Shown: positions 1-16,022 of the stretch, piece after piece
How the letters are laid out: every line of letters starts with the position of its first letter
Position numbering within the stretch: position 1 is the first letter of the stretch
Origin: Vezdaea acicularis
Taxonomy: Eukaryota
DNA: 64,000 bases
Reading direction: 5' to 3'
Assembly (NCBI GenBank): GCA_026025075.1
Contig: JAPEUI010000032.1
Span: 1 to 64,000, forward strand
Made by a program: the position numbers and the translations under genes
Notes under the pieces: model-generated
What the model was told of the DNA's origin: nothing
Databases searched by the model: none
What the model saw: the letters and a program-made list of their open reading frames with translations, nothing else

Positions 1-2344
1 CCACCGGCCCGCGCGGGCGCCGTCGCCGCCGCCGGCGGGGGTTGGTTGGGAGGTGGCCGCCGGGCACTAAAGCAGCAGCATGGGCGGCCGACCACCAACG
101 GGAGGGGTGCGTGGAGCGTGACCAGTCCGTCGGTGCAGACCTCCGCTCCGTTGGAGTCGATGGTGCGAGAGACTTGTGTTAGTTGTGTAACCTCAACTTC
201 CTCGGATCGGGACGTAAGCGGCGGGAACCCGGCGCACCGCAGCACACCGCATGGTTACCGTAGCCCGGGTCGTCGGTTAGCGGGGGCTTTTGGGCGGGAA
301 GGGGGAGGGCACAGACCGCTAGTTTCTTGCCCATTCGCTGGGAAGGGCCGGAGGAGATGATTGGTCGAAGAGGGGGTCGTATGCATGGTCGTGGTAGAGA
401 CGTCGCTGCGTGCCGCTGGGACCCGGCCTGTCAGATCGCGATGCTGGATGCGTGACCTGTACGTGTTGTCCTTTCTTGTATCCGTACCGTTTGCATACCA
501 TTGGGGGCGGGGAGGAAAAGCTACTCCTCCATTCGCATACCGTTGCGGAAAAGCCACCGAAAAAGGGAAAAAGGGTGAGAAAATCCGCGACCAATCACCC
601 GGTCGCCGAGGAGGCTACGGACCAGCCCCTGCCCCCTCCCTTGCAGGCGACCCTCGGCACGCGCATAACAGAGCGGAGCAGCGCAGCGGTGTTCATCTGC
701 GCCATGAGGTCATCCCTCTCCTTCTCTTTCCGCCGCCGAGGGCAAGCGAAGTCTAAAAAGCACCGAGGAAGGTGCGCGTCGGTCTGAAGGAGGAAGGTGC
801 TGAAGACATATGGCAACATCTCGGCATCGCGCCAACGGCCAGAAAGAACTTGTGCTTGTGAGAGAAGACGGAAGGGGCGAGGGGGGGTGATGGGAGAGCG
901 TGACGACTTACATGCGGTGAATGCCAGAGAGGCAGTAGCCAGCGACTTTGACCGGTCTGGAAAGTGTGGTGTGTGAGTCGATGTGCGCGTCTCGCATCAT
1001 GCAAACGCACTCCACAGTCCACACCACAGACGGCGACCCGAAGTGATCGGTTAGAAGGATTCGTGCTGCTTGTTGCGGCCGAACAGATGATGCTGGATGG
1101 ATGGATGGTTGAATGGAAGAGAAAAGCTTAATGATCCTGATCTACGCGCTGTATGCTTGCTGCTGCCCTTCACGAGGTCAGCAGGGGTTACGTACTTCTG
1201 AGTGACATCCAAACCGTTGTAGCCGAAGAAGTGCATGGCGACGGAGGCCATGCACTCGAGCGGGAGACGGACGGGATGAAGGCCCGAGAAGCGCATACGT
1301 CCAATCATCTGGAGAATCGGATGATGTTGCAAATAATGATGGCAATCAAGACGGACAACAGTACGGCAAACGCATGATGGAACGCATGGCGGGATACAGC
1401 GCATGATTTCGCAGATCGCAGTTTCGCAGAGAAGCTAGCTAAAAACCGAGCACCCCAAGCCTTTCATTCGATCCACTCCCCCTTTTCCCCCACCCCGAAG
1501 CCGTAGAATGCAGCCGTTGATTGATGCACCAAGGGGAAAACGAGAGTGAGAGAAAAAGAAATCGAGGGGGAAAACAGGTCGAAGGAAACGTAAGGGAGAA
1601 ACAAAGGCTGCCCCGGTATCTACAAACCGCCTTTTTGCTGTGAATCGGTTTTCCCCCACTGTCGGCCCAGCATTATTGAGAGAGAGAGAGAGGATTGTCT
1701 GGTCCCGCCGTCCTTGACCGGCCGAGACATTTTGGGGGGGGAAAAAGGAAAAGGGGATGTTAGAAGTACAGAAAACAGCGTCCGCCGTAATGACAGCCTG
1801 AGAGAAAAATCGCACAAACTTCCATTCGTCGGGATCGTGAACATGCTTAAGCGGGAGAAGAAGTGTGAGGAAAGATTTCAGATAAGCCTCCCAGTGGTAT
1901 GATCATATACGGTGGCCGCGAAAAGCCAGCGAAGAAGCCAATATACTTGTCTTCTCGCAAAAAGAAATCGGGAAAATGAAGAGGAAATGAAGCAGCCGAA
2001 AGATGAGAAGAGAGCTTGCTCCACGTTTCGCTATGCCTTTTTCAGAAGCCGCCTTGAAGAGTGAGAACCGTGACGCAAAGGAAACAGTCATCAGCTCGTT
2101 GAATCGTCTGTCCTCTTTACCTTTGCCTTTGCCTGTTTTGTAAACTTGTAAACTTGTAACACAAACGTCCGCCTACCGAGTTGATGCAGGGGAGGGAAGA
2201 AAAAGTGCCAATGCTGGTGATATTTCCTCCGCGCGGTTTCCATGATCCGGTTGTGTATTCGAGAAGCTAGAGTTGTTTGGGATGTTGAGGTATCAAACAA
2301 GGAAAGAAAAACGTATGCAAGTGGCTGTGCTACCGGTCGTTGCA

Positions 2345-4063
2345 TCACTGCGGGTATTGGCCAGGCGGCACATCAGGATCTGCGACACGGTTAGCAAAGG
2401 GGAGCTGAGATGGAGTATGGAAGGGTGTAATGACGTTGCTGGTACATCTGATTTCCCGGCCCGTATGGCGACGGGGGGTAGCTTGGATACAATGGGTTAC
2501 CGCTGTACGGCTGCTGCATCTGCTCCATCCCTGGGCCAGGCGCTTGGTAATGACCCTGCACCGGACCTGGTTGACCAGGTTGATACGCAATCGGTGGGAG
2601 TTGAGGGCGAACGCCGGGAGCGTAGCTGCTCGTGGAGGGAGCTTGAGCACCGTCAGCAGGGTTTTGTTCTGGATTAGCCTGTGCCGCCGCGCGCTGCCTC
2701 TCTTCGTCGGCCTTGCGCTGGTTGTCCTCTTCCTTCTTCCGAGCCTTCCATTCCTTTCGGATTTCTTTGAATTCTAGAGTTGGTCACAAGAGAGGGTTAG
2801 TGTCGTTTGAATAGAAAAGAGACGGACGATCGAGTTAAACTAGCTTCCGTGGTGCCACGTGCAAGCCCTAGTTCGGACGCTGTGAGAATTTCTTGGACGA
2901 CCGTCCGAAGCTAAGGCTCGCTCCAACGCGACTAACCGAACTTTTGAAGCCACGAACTAGGAGAACGCAGAATACAACTCTAAACAAGCGCGCTTCGATA
3001 TCTTTGGAAGAAAAAAAAAGGATTTACCTTCAGGAGTGCGCTTGGTGCCATGCGACTGCATCGTTACGTGCGCGTTCAGATGATTGAGCGTGCCATAAGC
3101 TTTCTCGCAGCCGTTCCATCCGCACTTGTACATGCGCTCGATCTCTTCGTAACGGCGACGGGGGCGCTTGTGCTGCTGCGCGCCGGGGATGGGCACGAAT
3201 GAATAGACCTGTGACAGCGGATGATTCTGCAAATGTTCGTAAGACAGGCGAGATCGCCCAAAGTGGTCAACACTAACCTGTCCGGGGCGCTGCCCAGCTG
3301 TCGCAACTGATGAGGCCGATGAGACAGTGGTCGTCGGGGATGGGTGAGCACCGTACGGACCTGGTAACCCATGCGGGTGCTGTGGAGGTCCATAACCATG
3401 CGGTCCCCATTCTGGACGTCCAGCATACATCCCTCCTCCCTGATGCCCTTGATAGGCTGCCATGTCGTGTGCTTGCGGTGGATACGGCGAGTATTGCGGC
3501 CCTGCTGGCGGATAGGTGGGACTCGTCGCGGCGGCGATGTTTGGATCTATAGGTACATCCGGGTCAGATTTCATTTGAGATGCCTCATGATGGCTATTTT
3601 CACGCCCATCTGCTAAAGGCAAGGACGGACTTGTTGTTTGTGCCATACCTCCGCTGCTCCCACTGTTACTGTTCGAAGGGTGAAAACGCGCAGCTCCTTC
3701 GGGCGGGAAGGGCCCACGAATGTATTCGGGAAAGGTTCCTGAACGCGCCGAGGACGGGTTGATCGCGTACTCGGGGTTTGGAGTCGACGTGGAAGAGTAG
3801 TTCGGCGGGCGTGCGTCCTGTGCTGGCGTGTTGTACTGCGCAGCAGACGAGTGATCTACCGTCGCTTTCTCAGACTGGGACTCGGCGAAGGCTGAATGGG
3901 GTGAATGCAAACCTGGCTGCGAGTATTCCGAGGCACCTCTGTCCATAGAATGATGCTGGACCCCGTTGACTCCGCTGACGTACGACAGACCTGTATGGAC
4001 ACCGTTGGTATACCCTTCTGAAGAAGGTCGTGTTGTTTGTGGTGTCGAGGGTGTCAGGGACAT
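2345..4063 (-). CDS. con7: Con7-type single C2H2 zinc-finger transcription factor (4 exons: 4063-3278, 3208-3028, 2773-2435, 2379-2345)
   Basis: The block VYSFVPIPGAQQHKRPRRRYEEIERMYKCGWNGCEKAYGTLNHLNAHVTMQSHG joins across an intron to EFKEIRKEWKARKKEE, which is the Con7 family signature. Introns have GT..AG ends. The start codon and last intron (GTCATT donor) are less certain. Confidence 0.85.
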
Positions 4064-7000
4064 ACTAAGCTTCGGTCGAAAAGACTTTAGTGGTGAGTCT
4101 GTTGCCGTCCCAGGGCCAACTAGCCGCGGAAAAACGTGCGAAAAGTCCGCAGATCTGAGCCGCGCGCTGGATAAGCCTTGGTCTGGTGGTGGGGGAAAAG
4201 GAATCGTCGAGACAGGTACGAGGAGGACTCGGGCCTACGCAGCGGAGCGGCGTCTGGCTTTAGGGTTGAGCGTATTTCTGCACGAGCTTCTTTCGAGATG
4301 GACGGTGATTGACGCAACCCAACGGACGCCAAACAGCTCAGGCCCTTTCTCTGCTTCAGTCTAGCAAGGAAGAGGAGCTGTGAAACGGAGGGTCCGGCGA
4401 GACCTTAGTAGAGGACCGTATGAGCGGATCGTCCAGCTAAAATCTCGGGGGTGGGGGGGGGTGGGTAGTGGAGGGGGGGCGGGCGGACAGGCAGTGGATG
4501 GACGGCGTCGACTTTGAGGTCGGGAAGACGCAGTCAAAAGCGGCAGTTGGCTGATGTGTGAAATCAGCCTAGGCGTGACGGTGTGATCGTTTAGAAAGAC
4601 AAGCTCGAGCAGGGTGCTGCGGCCGCGAACACAGTGGGTATTTCCCCCCCAAACCCTAAACGAGCACGGAATCTTCGATTGCACGGGCTGGGTCGGCCAG
4701 CTCGCGGATGATCTTACTCGGGGCGGGCGCGTGCGAGATTACGGCTAATCGGAATGACGGTTGAGGTTGGAGATGCGGTGTTGTTTTTTTGCAGGTGCGC
4801 GTCGGCGTGCTCGGTCTGCTCGCGCGTGAGACAAAGTTCGGATTGGCACGCTTGTCCGATGAGAGCAGCTCCCCGGCGTGTGGAGTGAGGCTTTCACCTC
4901 GGCGAGCGAGGGCGTGATAGACCAGTCTAAGCGTCCGGCTTAGTGGAGAACGGGACGATGGAGATGGTCAGGCGTGAGATGGAGTCTAACTCGAAGAGAA
5001 GTAGGACGGAGGGTACGGTAGGCGGTGTGGGACGAGGTGGATGAAGGACGTGAGATGTGGGCTGGGGCGACGCTTCCTTTCTCAGATGGAACGTTACCGC
5101 AGAAACGGGAAACGCGTGTTGAGAGAAAGAGAAAGTGGAGAAGAAGGTGAAAAGAGGGCGAGGGTGAAGGCGGAAGCACGAGCACGAACACAAGGAAAAC
5201 GCAGGTTGAGGCAGCGATGGGGAGCGTGACGCTGTGACGCTCGCGAGTGCCAGATCACAGCAGGAGAGCCAAAAGATTGACCCTCCTCTTGCCCTCTGCG
5301 AATTCAATTTTTTTCCATTCAGCTGCTGCAGCCGAGCCCTCGCCCACTCACGCCCCCAATGACGGATGCAGGCAACAAAGCGGAAGCTTGTGCTCCCCTC
5401 TCCTTTCTCCTCCCTGCCTTTTCGCCGTGCGTGCTGGGCCGCGCCCCCTCCGATGACAGGAGAGCTTCTTTGAGACGGCGAAAACGAAGAGGAAAAAGAG
5501 GCAAAAGTGGTGATGTCCGAGGACTGTCTGAAATGCTCGGATAACCATTAGCGCGGCGTCGAGGGCATGGAGCAGCCTCGGGCAGGGGCGACGCAGCTGG
5601 AAGGGTTTCGCGCGACTGCCGTAGCTGGCCCTTGGCCTGATCCGTCGCTTGCGGCCATGCAAATGGGACAAGCGTGGCTCTCCACTTGGTGCACGGCTGC
5701 GCAATAGCTTTCGCGATGTTCGAAAAAGCGCAAGAGCGATCTCGAGCAGCCTTTCCCCATCGAGCCGTGCAATTTGGATGGGGGAGGGGAGGGGATGAAG
5801 GGGAAGGAAAGGAGGAGGCTGGGCGCGACTAAGCCCGGACTGGACAAGCGGGCTGATATGGCCGTCGACGGATCTGGTCAAGGCATCAAAGGGCCAAACC
5901 TGCGATCAAAGTCCCTTTCTTCCCCTCCCACTCTCTCCCCATTCCTCCTCTCTCCCCTCGGCAGCAGAGCAATTTACGGCATCCATTCATGCCATCGGAG
6001 AGGGCGGCAGCTAGTGCCGGCCTGTCGATCTTCTACGCCTTCCAGATCGTAGCCCTCCTGCGATCGAGTGCCGTCAGTGGACCGCTGTCAGAATCTGCCG
6101 GAGTCTTGACGGCACTGACGACTGGGGATTGGATATTATCCATGAGCACGGGCCCGTCATTCGGGGGGAGGAGGGAGGAGAGGAGGGGGAAGGGCGCAGT
6201 GCCGCTCTCGTTCATTCCTCACAAGACCGAGCTCTCAACGTGCCACCGCTCGTGAGCAGGGTCATTCCCCGCTCCTGCCCTTTCTGCTGACGATACCTCG
6301 TCGCCCCTTCCTCGGAGAGCGCGGGTGAGGAAGGGAGGTTTTGTTGATGGAAGGTGCACCCCAGGGCAGGTCCTCTGGATAAGCGCGAGCAGACGCAGGC
6401 CGCCCTTGCCTAAATCACTGGCGACTCCGGCCGTGCACGGTGATTCGACGCGGCGGCGTCTGCACCACGGCCTGATATGCCACCGCCCAGCAGCAGCGAT
6501 TCTGCAGGCTAAGTCGCAGCTAGTACCCGCAAATGCGGATCCTAACGGCAAGAAGGGTTTAGGGGCGTCGCAAAACGCGGAGAATGCTCGTCCAACTCCC
6601 TTCCCAGCATGGTGGGTCGATGCGAGCATCTACTGTAACTGCGCGCCGGCATCACCGTTCAACCTCACGGCCGAGCGGCGCTTCGCCAAGCAGCGTGTTA
6701 TCGCCGCCCACGGAGCAGCTCCCACGTTGCCAACGGAGGCATCAGCACAGCACCTGTGCGGCCACGGATCGATGACCAACCGGGGGCCATTCTGGAAGGC
6801 GGTATGAAACATCCATCAGCGCCGATCTCGCAACAATCGCACCGTGGCAGCGGCAGACCGGGGATGAAGTCCATGTCGGCGCCATCAGAGGCGATAGCAT
6901 GGACGGACCCATTACACTTGCGTATCGAGTGATGTCCATCCGCTTCTCCCCTCATCGCCGCCACTCGTCTGACGGGCAAAGTCACATGCTCGGCCCGCCA

Positions 7001-10000
7001 CATGTCTGACCGTACTCTGTCCGTTCCTTGGACGGGCAGCTTTTCACCTGTGCTTGGCCTGTGAAAGAAGAATCGATGAAGAGGTGACGAGGATCGGTAC
7101 GCCATCGGTGGGCTAAGCTTGGCAACTTGGCGAGGGGAGCGCAGCGGATTGCTAACGCGGTGGGGCATAGTGGACCAGCCGTGCGTAACGGCATCGGGCT
7201 GGTGGGCGAGGGCTGGCGATGGCATCGCCGCTCGCCGTCATGATTGGCCACCGCATCCAGATGTATGAGGTGGCGAGGTCTCGAGGCATGCGAAACGGAT
7301 CAGACAACAAAAGACGACAGCCAGAAGACAAAGCATCGGACGGCGACGAAGCGCGGGCATGATTCGCCGCCATGCCTGCCCGCGCTCTTTGACCGCCCTT
7401 CCCGATGTTGGGCCCGCTCCGCTGCGAACTCTCTTTGCCCTGCTCTCCCTGACCGCGCTCCCAACAGCGTCAATCAGCCGAGGGTGCGAGCCAATCGATC
7501 TCGGACGTCTCAAGGACGGAGCATGCGATGGTTGGCATTGCACCCAATCACATGCGGCGCTTTCCCGCACGCCGGCATCATTCATTGATATCAGGGAGAC
7601 GGGGGTGATAGGGAGCACGCTCGTGCGTCGACCGCCGACCCTTTTCGGGAGAAGGGCGATCTATTGCCCGTTCGCGGGAAATTTTATTCGCATGGCTGGG
7701 AACAACAACACAGAGCGCAGAACGCAGAAAGGCAGAAAGGCAACATGTCCCGGCACCCCCCCAGTCCTCGGCTCTCCGTCTGCCTCTGGCCTTTTTCCCC
7801 TCTTCCCTCCTTTCCCTTTTGCAGTCTAGGCCGCCGTCCCCCGAAAGCATGAAATGTCTCGGCGGACGGCCGGGCAAGCAGACTGCTGGATGCCCGTCCG
7901 GTGTGGACGGAGGCGATGGCCATCAGGCTGGCTACATTGGCGTCCTGCGTCGCAGATCGCCTTCCCATGCTTTTCAAGGACAGCGACCGTATTATCCATG
8001 ACCGTCGTGCGCAAGACCCGACGTCAGCAAAGGAAACCCTCTGCACGCACTCGGCTTGCGTCGGGTTGGCGATCGCCCGCATTGCATCCAGGTCACCCGT
8101 TTGAGCCATGGGGGGGGGGGGTGGGGAGGGGGGGGCCACGAGCCAGCAAGGCGAGCGCCGCCGTACGCCTGTTCCCCGTCAGACAGAGGGAGAGAGAACG
8201 CGAATTGTGATGTATCATCTCTTGGCCGTCCTGCCTGTGAAACATGGGCTCGACTAGCGGAGCGACCGGAAATCCCAACGCCGTGGATGGGGTTCCCAGA
8301 GATCTCCCAGGCGAAAAGCAGGCGAAGGGGGCCTTAGCCACCGCTACCAGCAATTCGTTCTCGTCGAATACGATGCTGCTGGTTTTCGTCCCCTATGCCT
8401 TTCACGAGCGGAGTGACGAGGGGAGGGCGCGCGGAACAAGGCCAAGCCTGGGCGGAGGCGCGCGTATCGCCCAACCCTTTCTTTTCTTCTGTCGTGCAAG
8501 ACCCTGAGGACGACTTGGTCTTGGATCGGCAAGCTCGATGTCGACGTACCCAGAAAGGCAAGAACTGCCCGGCCCAAGAACCGCAATCGCTCGCCGTACA
8601 TGTATCCGTACGCGTACACGCTGGCCCTACAACACACGGCGACGCACCGTTCCTCAAGCCCGCACCCACTGTAGGGACCGTTTGCTCGCGTCTGACTACG
8701 GCCATATCTGTCCTTCTTCTTCTCCAATTCACCGGTAATTAGATGACAGAAAACAAATCTGGGCAATTCATGTGCAACATCACTTATCGCACGCGTGCGC
8801 CGGCCCTCGAGAATACAAGTACGTAATCACACCCGGATGGATAAGTTGGGCCACCCTGCCTACCTGCGACTTCGGATGCGGCAACAACCTCCCTTCCTCG
8901 TCATCTGCCAGTTTTGCAATCTCTTCCTCCCCTCTTCGTCAGGTTTCCCCACCGCCAGTCCCATGTATGTCTCGGCTATCAATCAGAACGTCCTCCGCCC
9001 CCCCTTTTTTCTTCCTTCCTTCCTGAATTGGTTTCGTTGGGGTTCCGATCTCGATGGTCGATTTTGCGATCTCGTTTTCGAGGCAACGAACCTCATGAGC
9101 CGAGCCCGTCGCCGCTTTTGCTCCTCTGCTTCTTGCTCCTCTGGGGGCTGGGGCAAGGGGGGGGTGGGGGGAGGAAGGCGCGAACCAGCCATGCGAGCGT
9201 CAATACCCGACAAGCGCGCTTCCCGCAATGAGAGAGGCTAAAGCGATCCCTCTCCTCTCCTGTGTCCATGCGTGCCAGGCGTGCATGATTTAAAGTTTTG
9301 TAATGAGGATGATGTGTGTGCGCACATCCTATCACCCAAGTAAGTATCGTGGAAAGTGTCGGTCTACTGATGGATGGGCTATTTTGCTGCTTGGTTTTCT
9401 TTCTTTTTTCTGTTCAAAAAGGCCTGACGGTTCAGTGCGTTGTGAGGGAGCTGTTCATTTGTGCAGATATTCTTGACTGACCATTGCTAACTCTGCATGA
9501 CCTCTCATTATTTCCTTCCCCTTCCTCCCTCGACCTATTCAGACCAACTCTGTGGCCATCTGGCCTTAGCAGGTAGGTGCCTGATACCATTCCGTCTTCA
9601 GATATCTTTTGTGCCTCACCTACCACCGAGGTACTTAGACAACGAACTTTTCACCCGCACAGGTCCATTGCACTTGAGCACTGGACCAACTGTCTACAAG
9701 CCATCATGGCGGCTGAGATCCTGTCTTGGTATCCCAGAAGGGGCACAAAATCCAAATGATCCTGCTCGCTGCTCCAACTTTTCGATGTTCTGGACGTGAG
9801 CCAGCTGAAGGTCCATGCCGAAGGGGCTTTGTAAGTGTGACCTGCATATCGAAAGACCATGGAAATATTTTTTCGTATCGAGACCCTTCTTGGCTTTCTG
9901 GAACGATACAAGAGGGGGAGAAATTCCTCCCCGTCTGTGCTTCCTTAAACTTCGAGCCAATAGCCTCGTAGCCACGGTTTGGCTATACACGGGACGGCAA

Positions 10001-12784
10001 AAGTATGAAGAGCGCCTGACCAAACCTCCAGACTCAGGCAGTAGAAAAGGAGAAGAGGAAAAAGCAAGAAAAGGACTCAGATACACCACATCCTGACCAC
10101 ATGAAACCCATCCTCAAACTCAATACGCCAGGACGAAGGAAAAAAAGGGTTTTACGGATCAGAACTCCTGTCTGCGCGAGAAGCGAGCTTGCCAATCATG
10201 TTCTGATGATCTGATGATCTGCCGAGAATTGTTGGACGCTTGGGCCGGCTCTGCACCTTTGATGAGCTTGCGTAATGCTGTTTCTTTTGCCATTATTTTT
10301 GGGGAGGTGGTCTGCGGGGGGAAGGGGATGTGTTAGGAGCACCATGGATACCACACCCTCGGTATATCCCTGATATATCCTCTTCCTCCTCTATTTCCCT
10401 CGCTTCTTGAGACACGCTGAGACCACCTATATACTAACCATTCTTGTACCAACCGAAGAGAGATCCTCTCCTCCTGTTGAGATCGGCACCTACCATGGTT
10501 CGATATTGAAGTATATTCGGGTTTAAGTTTCCGCCCTCGATGTTGGGCGCGAGCGGGAAACTCCCGCTCGCCCTCGAATCAGATCGTGGGAGGCATCGCA
10601 ACCCAACACCCGTCGAAGGGCCTGCGTTATCACGGTCAGACAACACACTTTCATCCATCCCACAGAATCCTTCCTCTCACTCTCTACCTAGCCTCTCCCT
10701 TCCATCCCTAACCCCCATCCTTGCATCGAGTCCTATAAGCTTAACCCAAAAGTGCGCCACAGTGGCTATTCAACCTTTCTCCCCCACCCGCCCAACCACC
10801 CACTACGACAGCGACGGCGTCGGTGCAACTGGGGATTGTTGGTGGAGGTGGCTAACCTACCTTTTTTCGCGCGTGCACCGATCATCTCGGAGTCCGACGT
10901 GCCGTGGCAACCTGTCTGCGGCTCGGACCAGGTGGACCGTGCTCGCGGGTCTTGAAAGTGGTTCATTCATCCTCCCTCCTGCTACTCGTATGCGATCAGG
11001 CACGTTTAGGTAGCTGCCCTGCGCGCCTCATTTCTCTATTCTATGCATACCTTGGTTTTTTCTCTCGTTTTTTTTGGGGGCCCAATGAGTTTGCCTCGTG
11101 GTCCATGCGTCATCTCTCCTTCAAAGCTTTTCCCTCCTTCGAGGCTTCAACCAAGGCTTCCATCTAAAGCTTTCGATGAGGAGGAAGCTTCCCCTATCCT
11201 TCCAAACTTCCAGCGAGGAAGAAGCTTTATCCCCACTGTTCCACCTGGCTTTTTCTGCCTTGTGTCAAACGATCGGCTTCAAGCGAGCTGTCTCTCTTCC
11301 TTCACTTCTAACAAGTAGACCATGCTTCCTCGCTGGGATACACTAAATTTTTTTTTTACCAGGGTAGTGTTATTGTTGTACTGCACCACCCTGATCGTCG
11401 CCTTGTGGGCCCGTATCTTCGCCCCCGCCCCTCCTGGCACCTCCTGGGAGAAGAGATGAGCCCCCCCCCCTTCAGCCCTCTCGTACGCTGCTGCAGTGTC
11501 TTGCTTATCGTACCGCCCCCCACTATTTCCTCTCCCGTGGGTGGATGAGGGGTATTCTTTCCCTGTCGAAGGGGGGATTAATACGCTGGGGTAAGTCGTG
11601 GGGACGGGGGGGGGGGAAAGGGGACAGATCGTTCGTGTTCTCGGGGAAGTAGTCTAGAGAAAGGAAGGGCTTGTACCTCCGCCTCCCTCCATGGCTCGCT
11701 CGTCCAGCTCCGCAGGACGCATGGCTGAGATGCGTAGGCAGGACATGTAGCTCGGCCGCCTACCTAGAAGATTGAGATAGATACAAAATCACAGTGAAAA
11801 GACGGAAAAACCACGGAAATTGGAAGAAGTGTACTTCACATGAATACCCCACCTTTCACCTCCCCCCCCCCCAAAAACTTCTTTCTCCCTCCCTCCCTGA
11901 CTCCCTGTCCACGAGGTAGAACAAGATACATACTTCTCCCTCCCCCTGACCATGTCGCGCCGTGCCACTACACCACCCCCTACCCACTCACGCCCACAGT
12001 GCCATAGTGAGGCTGGATGGGCAAGTACCCTCGTAATGCGTAGGGAGGAAACCGAGGAAGTGGCTGTAGCAACGGATGGATGTACGGGGGGTCTAAAGAG
12101 GTGTATGGGGGGGGATTTTAAGGGGTCTGGAGTGATGAGGGAGTGGGCGGAGTGACAGGAAGCGGCAAATGTATGACGAGGGAAAAAAAAGGGGGGGGGG
12201 ACGTATGGGTTTCCTTAGGAAGACGATGCACGGGGTTACGAGGCTTCAAGTGAGAAATTAGTGGCAACAATCTGATTGATCTATCTATTAGCCATGCGCC
12301 AGATCGACCTCGCCAGATGCAGCGTCCGAGGACGGCTGAGCAGAACCGGTGAAAATGACGGGTCAGAAAAAGCTTGCTGCCAAACACCCTAAAGAAGCCC
12401 AATTTTACGGCCACATGGACAAAAGCCAAAGAAGAAAAGGGGGGGAAAGGACATGCAAGGTTAAGAAAAGCCACACGATCTATCCCTATCGGAGCTCGTT
12501 TTCTCGTAGAAGAGCAGAAATAAATACTTCAGTCAATGCAGATCCTAGCCCTCAAGAGGAACCGTAGGAGTGATCGAGAGGAAGAAGAGGGAGACTTGTG
12601 AGTTGTAAAGTGCTGTAGGGCCAAATTAACAGAAAAAGTCTATAAGCCAACCGGGAGCTAGGTGAGTTGCAGTGCAGCCGAGCGAGGACCGAGGGAGTCT
12701 TTGGGGGGAGTCTGAGAAAGCCATGCTAAAAGAAATCTATTGGGTGGTCCGACCAGAAAGGGCTGCATCAGATGCGGAGCGAAT

Positions 12785-15381
<2,597 letters not shown>

Positions 15382-16022
15382 GACTGGGTGATTCGAAGAG
15401 ACCGACTTCGCAATGATGAAGAGATCTCTGAAATTTTCAAAAGTCGAGTCTGTGATAGAGAGTGAGATAAAGCCCGTCTGTGAAGCGACCAAGCTTAGAA
15501 TCCAATGTGATGGGAGGGAGTGTTGAAAGGAGGAAGGGTTGTAGAAGAGTCGTTGAGGAAGGCAGGAGTATGAAGAGGCGACATGGTAGGAATTTTTCTG
15601 AGTGTTCTGCAATCCAGGCGCGCTAAGCTTAAAGCGGAAGCGGCTCCTTTTACCCCCACGGCCGCCTCGTAAATGCAATCTGGATTCATGAGACTAGAAA
15701 AACACTAAAATCTCCTGTAAAGAAATAATTGAATAGTCCATATTGGGCCTTCATAGATGAAAACAATAGTCTACGCGATCTATCCTCCCGAAGTTCGGCG
15801 GCTAGTACGTCTGGGTTGTGATTAGAGTTGAGCGGCTGTGTGTGCATCTCAGGCAAACTTCAGGATCCTAGATGGGCTGATTCAAGAGTCTAAAGATAGC
15901 AATACCTCAAATCAATCACAATCTAACATTTGTCCATATCGAACCCAATGCTGTCCAATAGGGTTCACACCGGCTTTCATATATAATACATATCCTACAG
16001 TTTGAAGATCGAGTGGACCATA

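Noticed and set aside
5300..8800. Many overlapping 60-180 aa ORFs on both strands
   Set aside because: They are low-complexity R/P/S/A-rich translations typical of GC-rich non-coding DNA, with no domain motifs, and many start at non-ATG codons.
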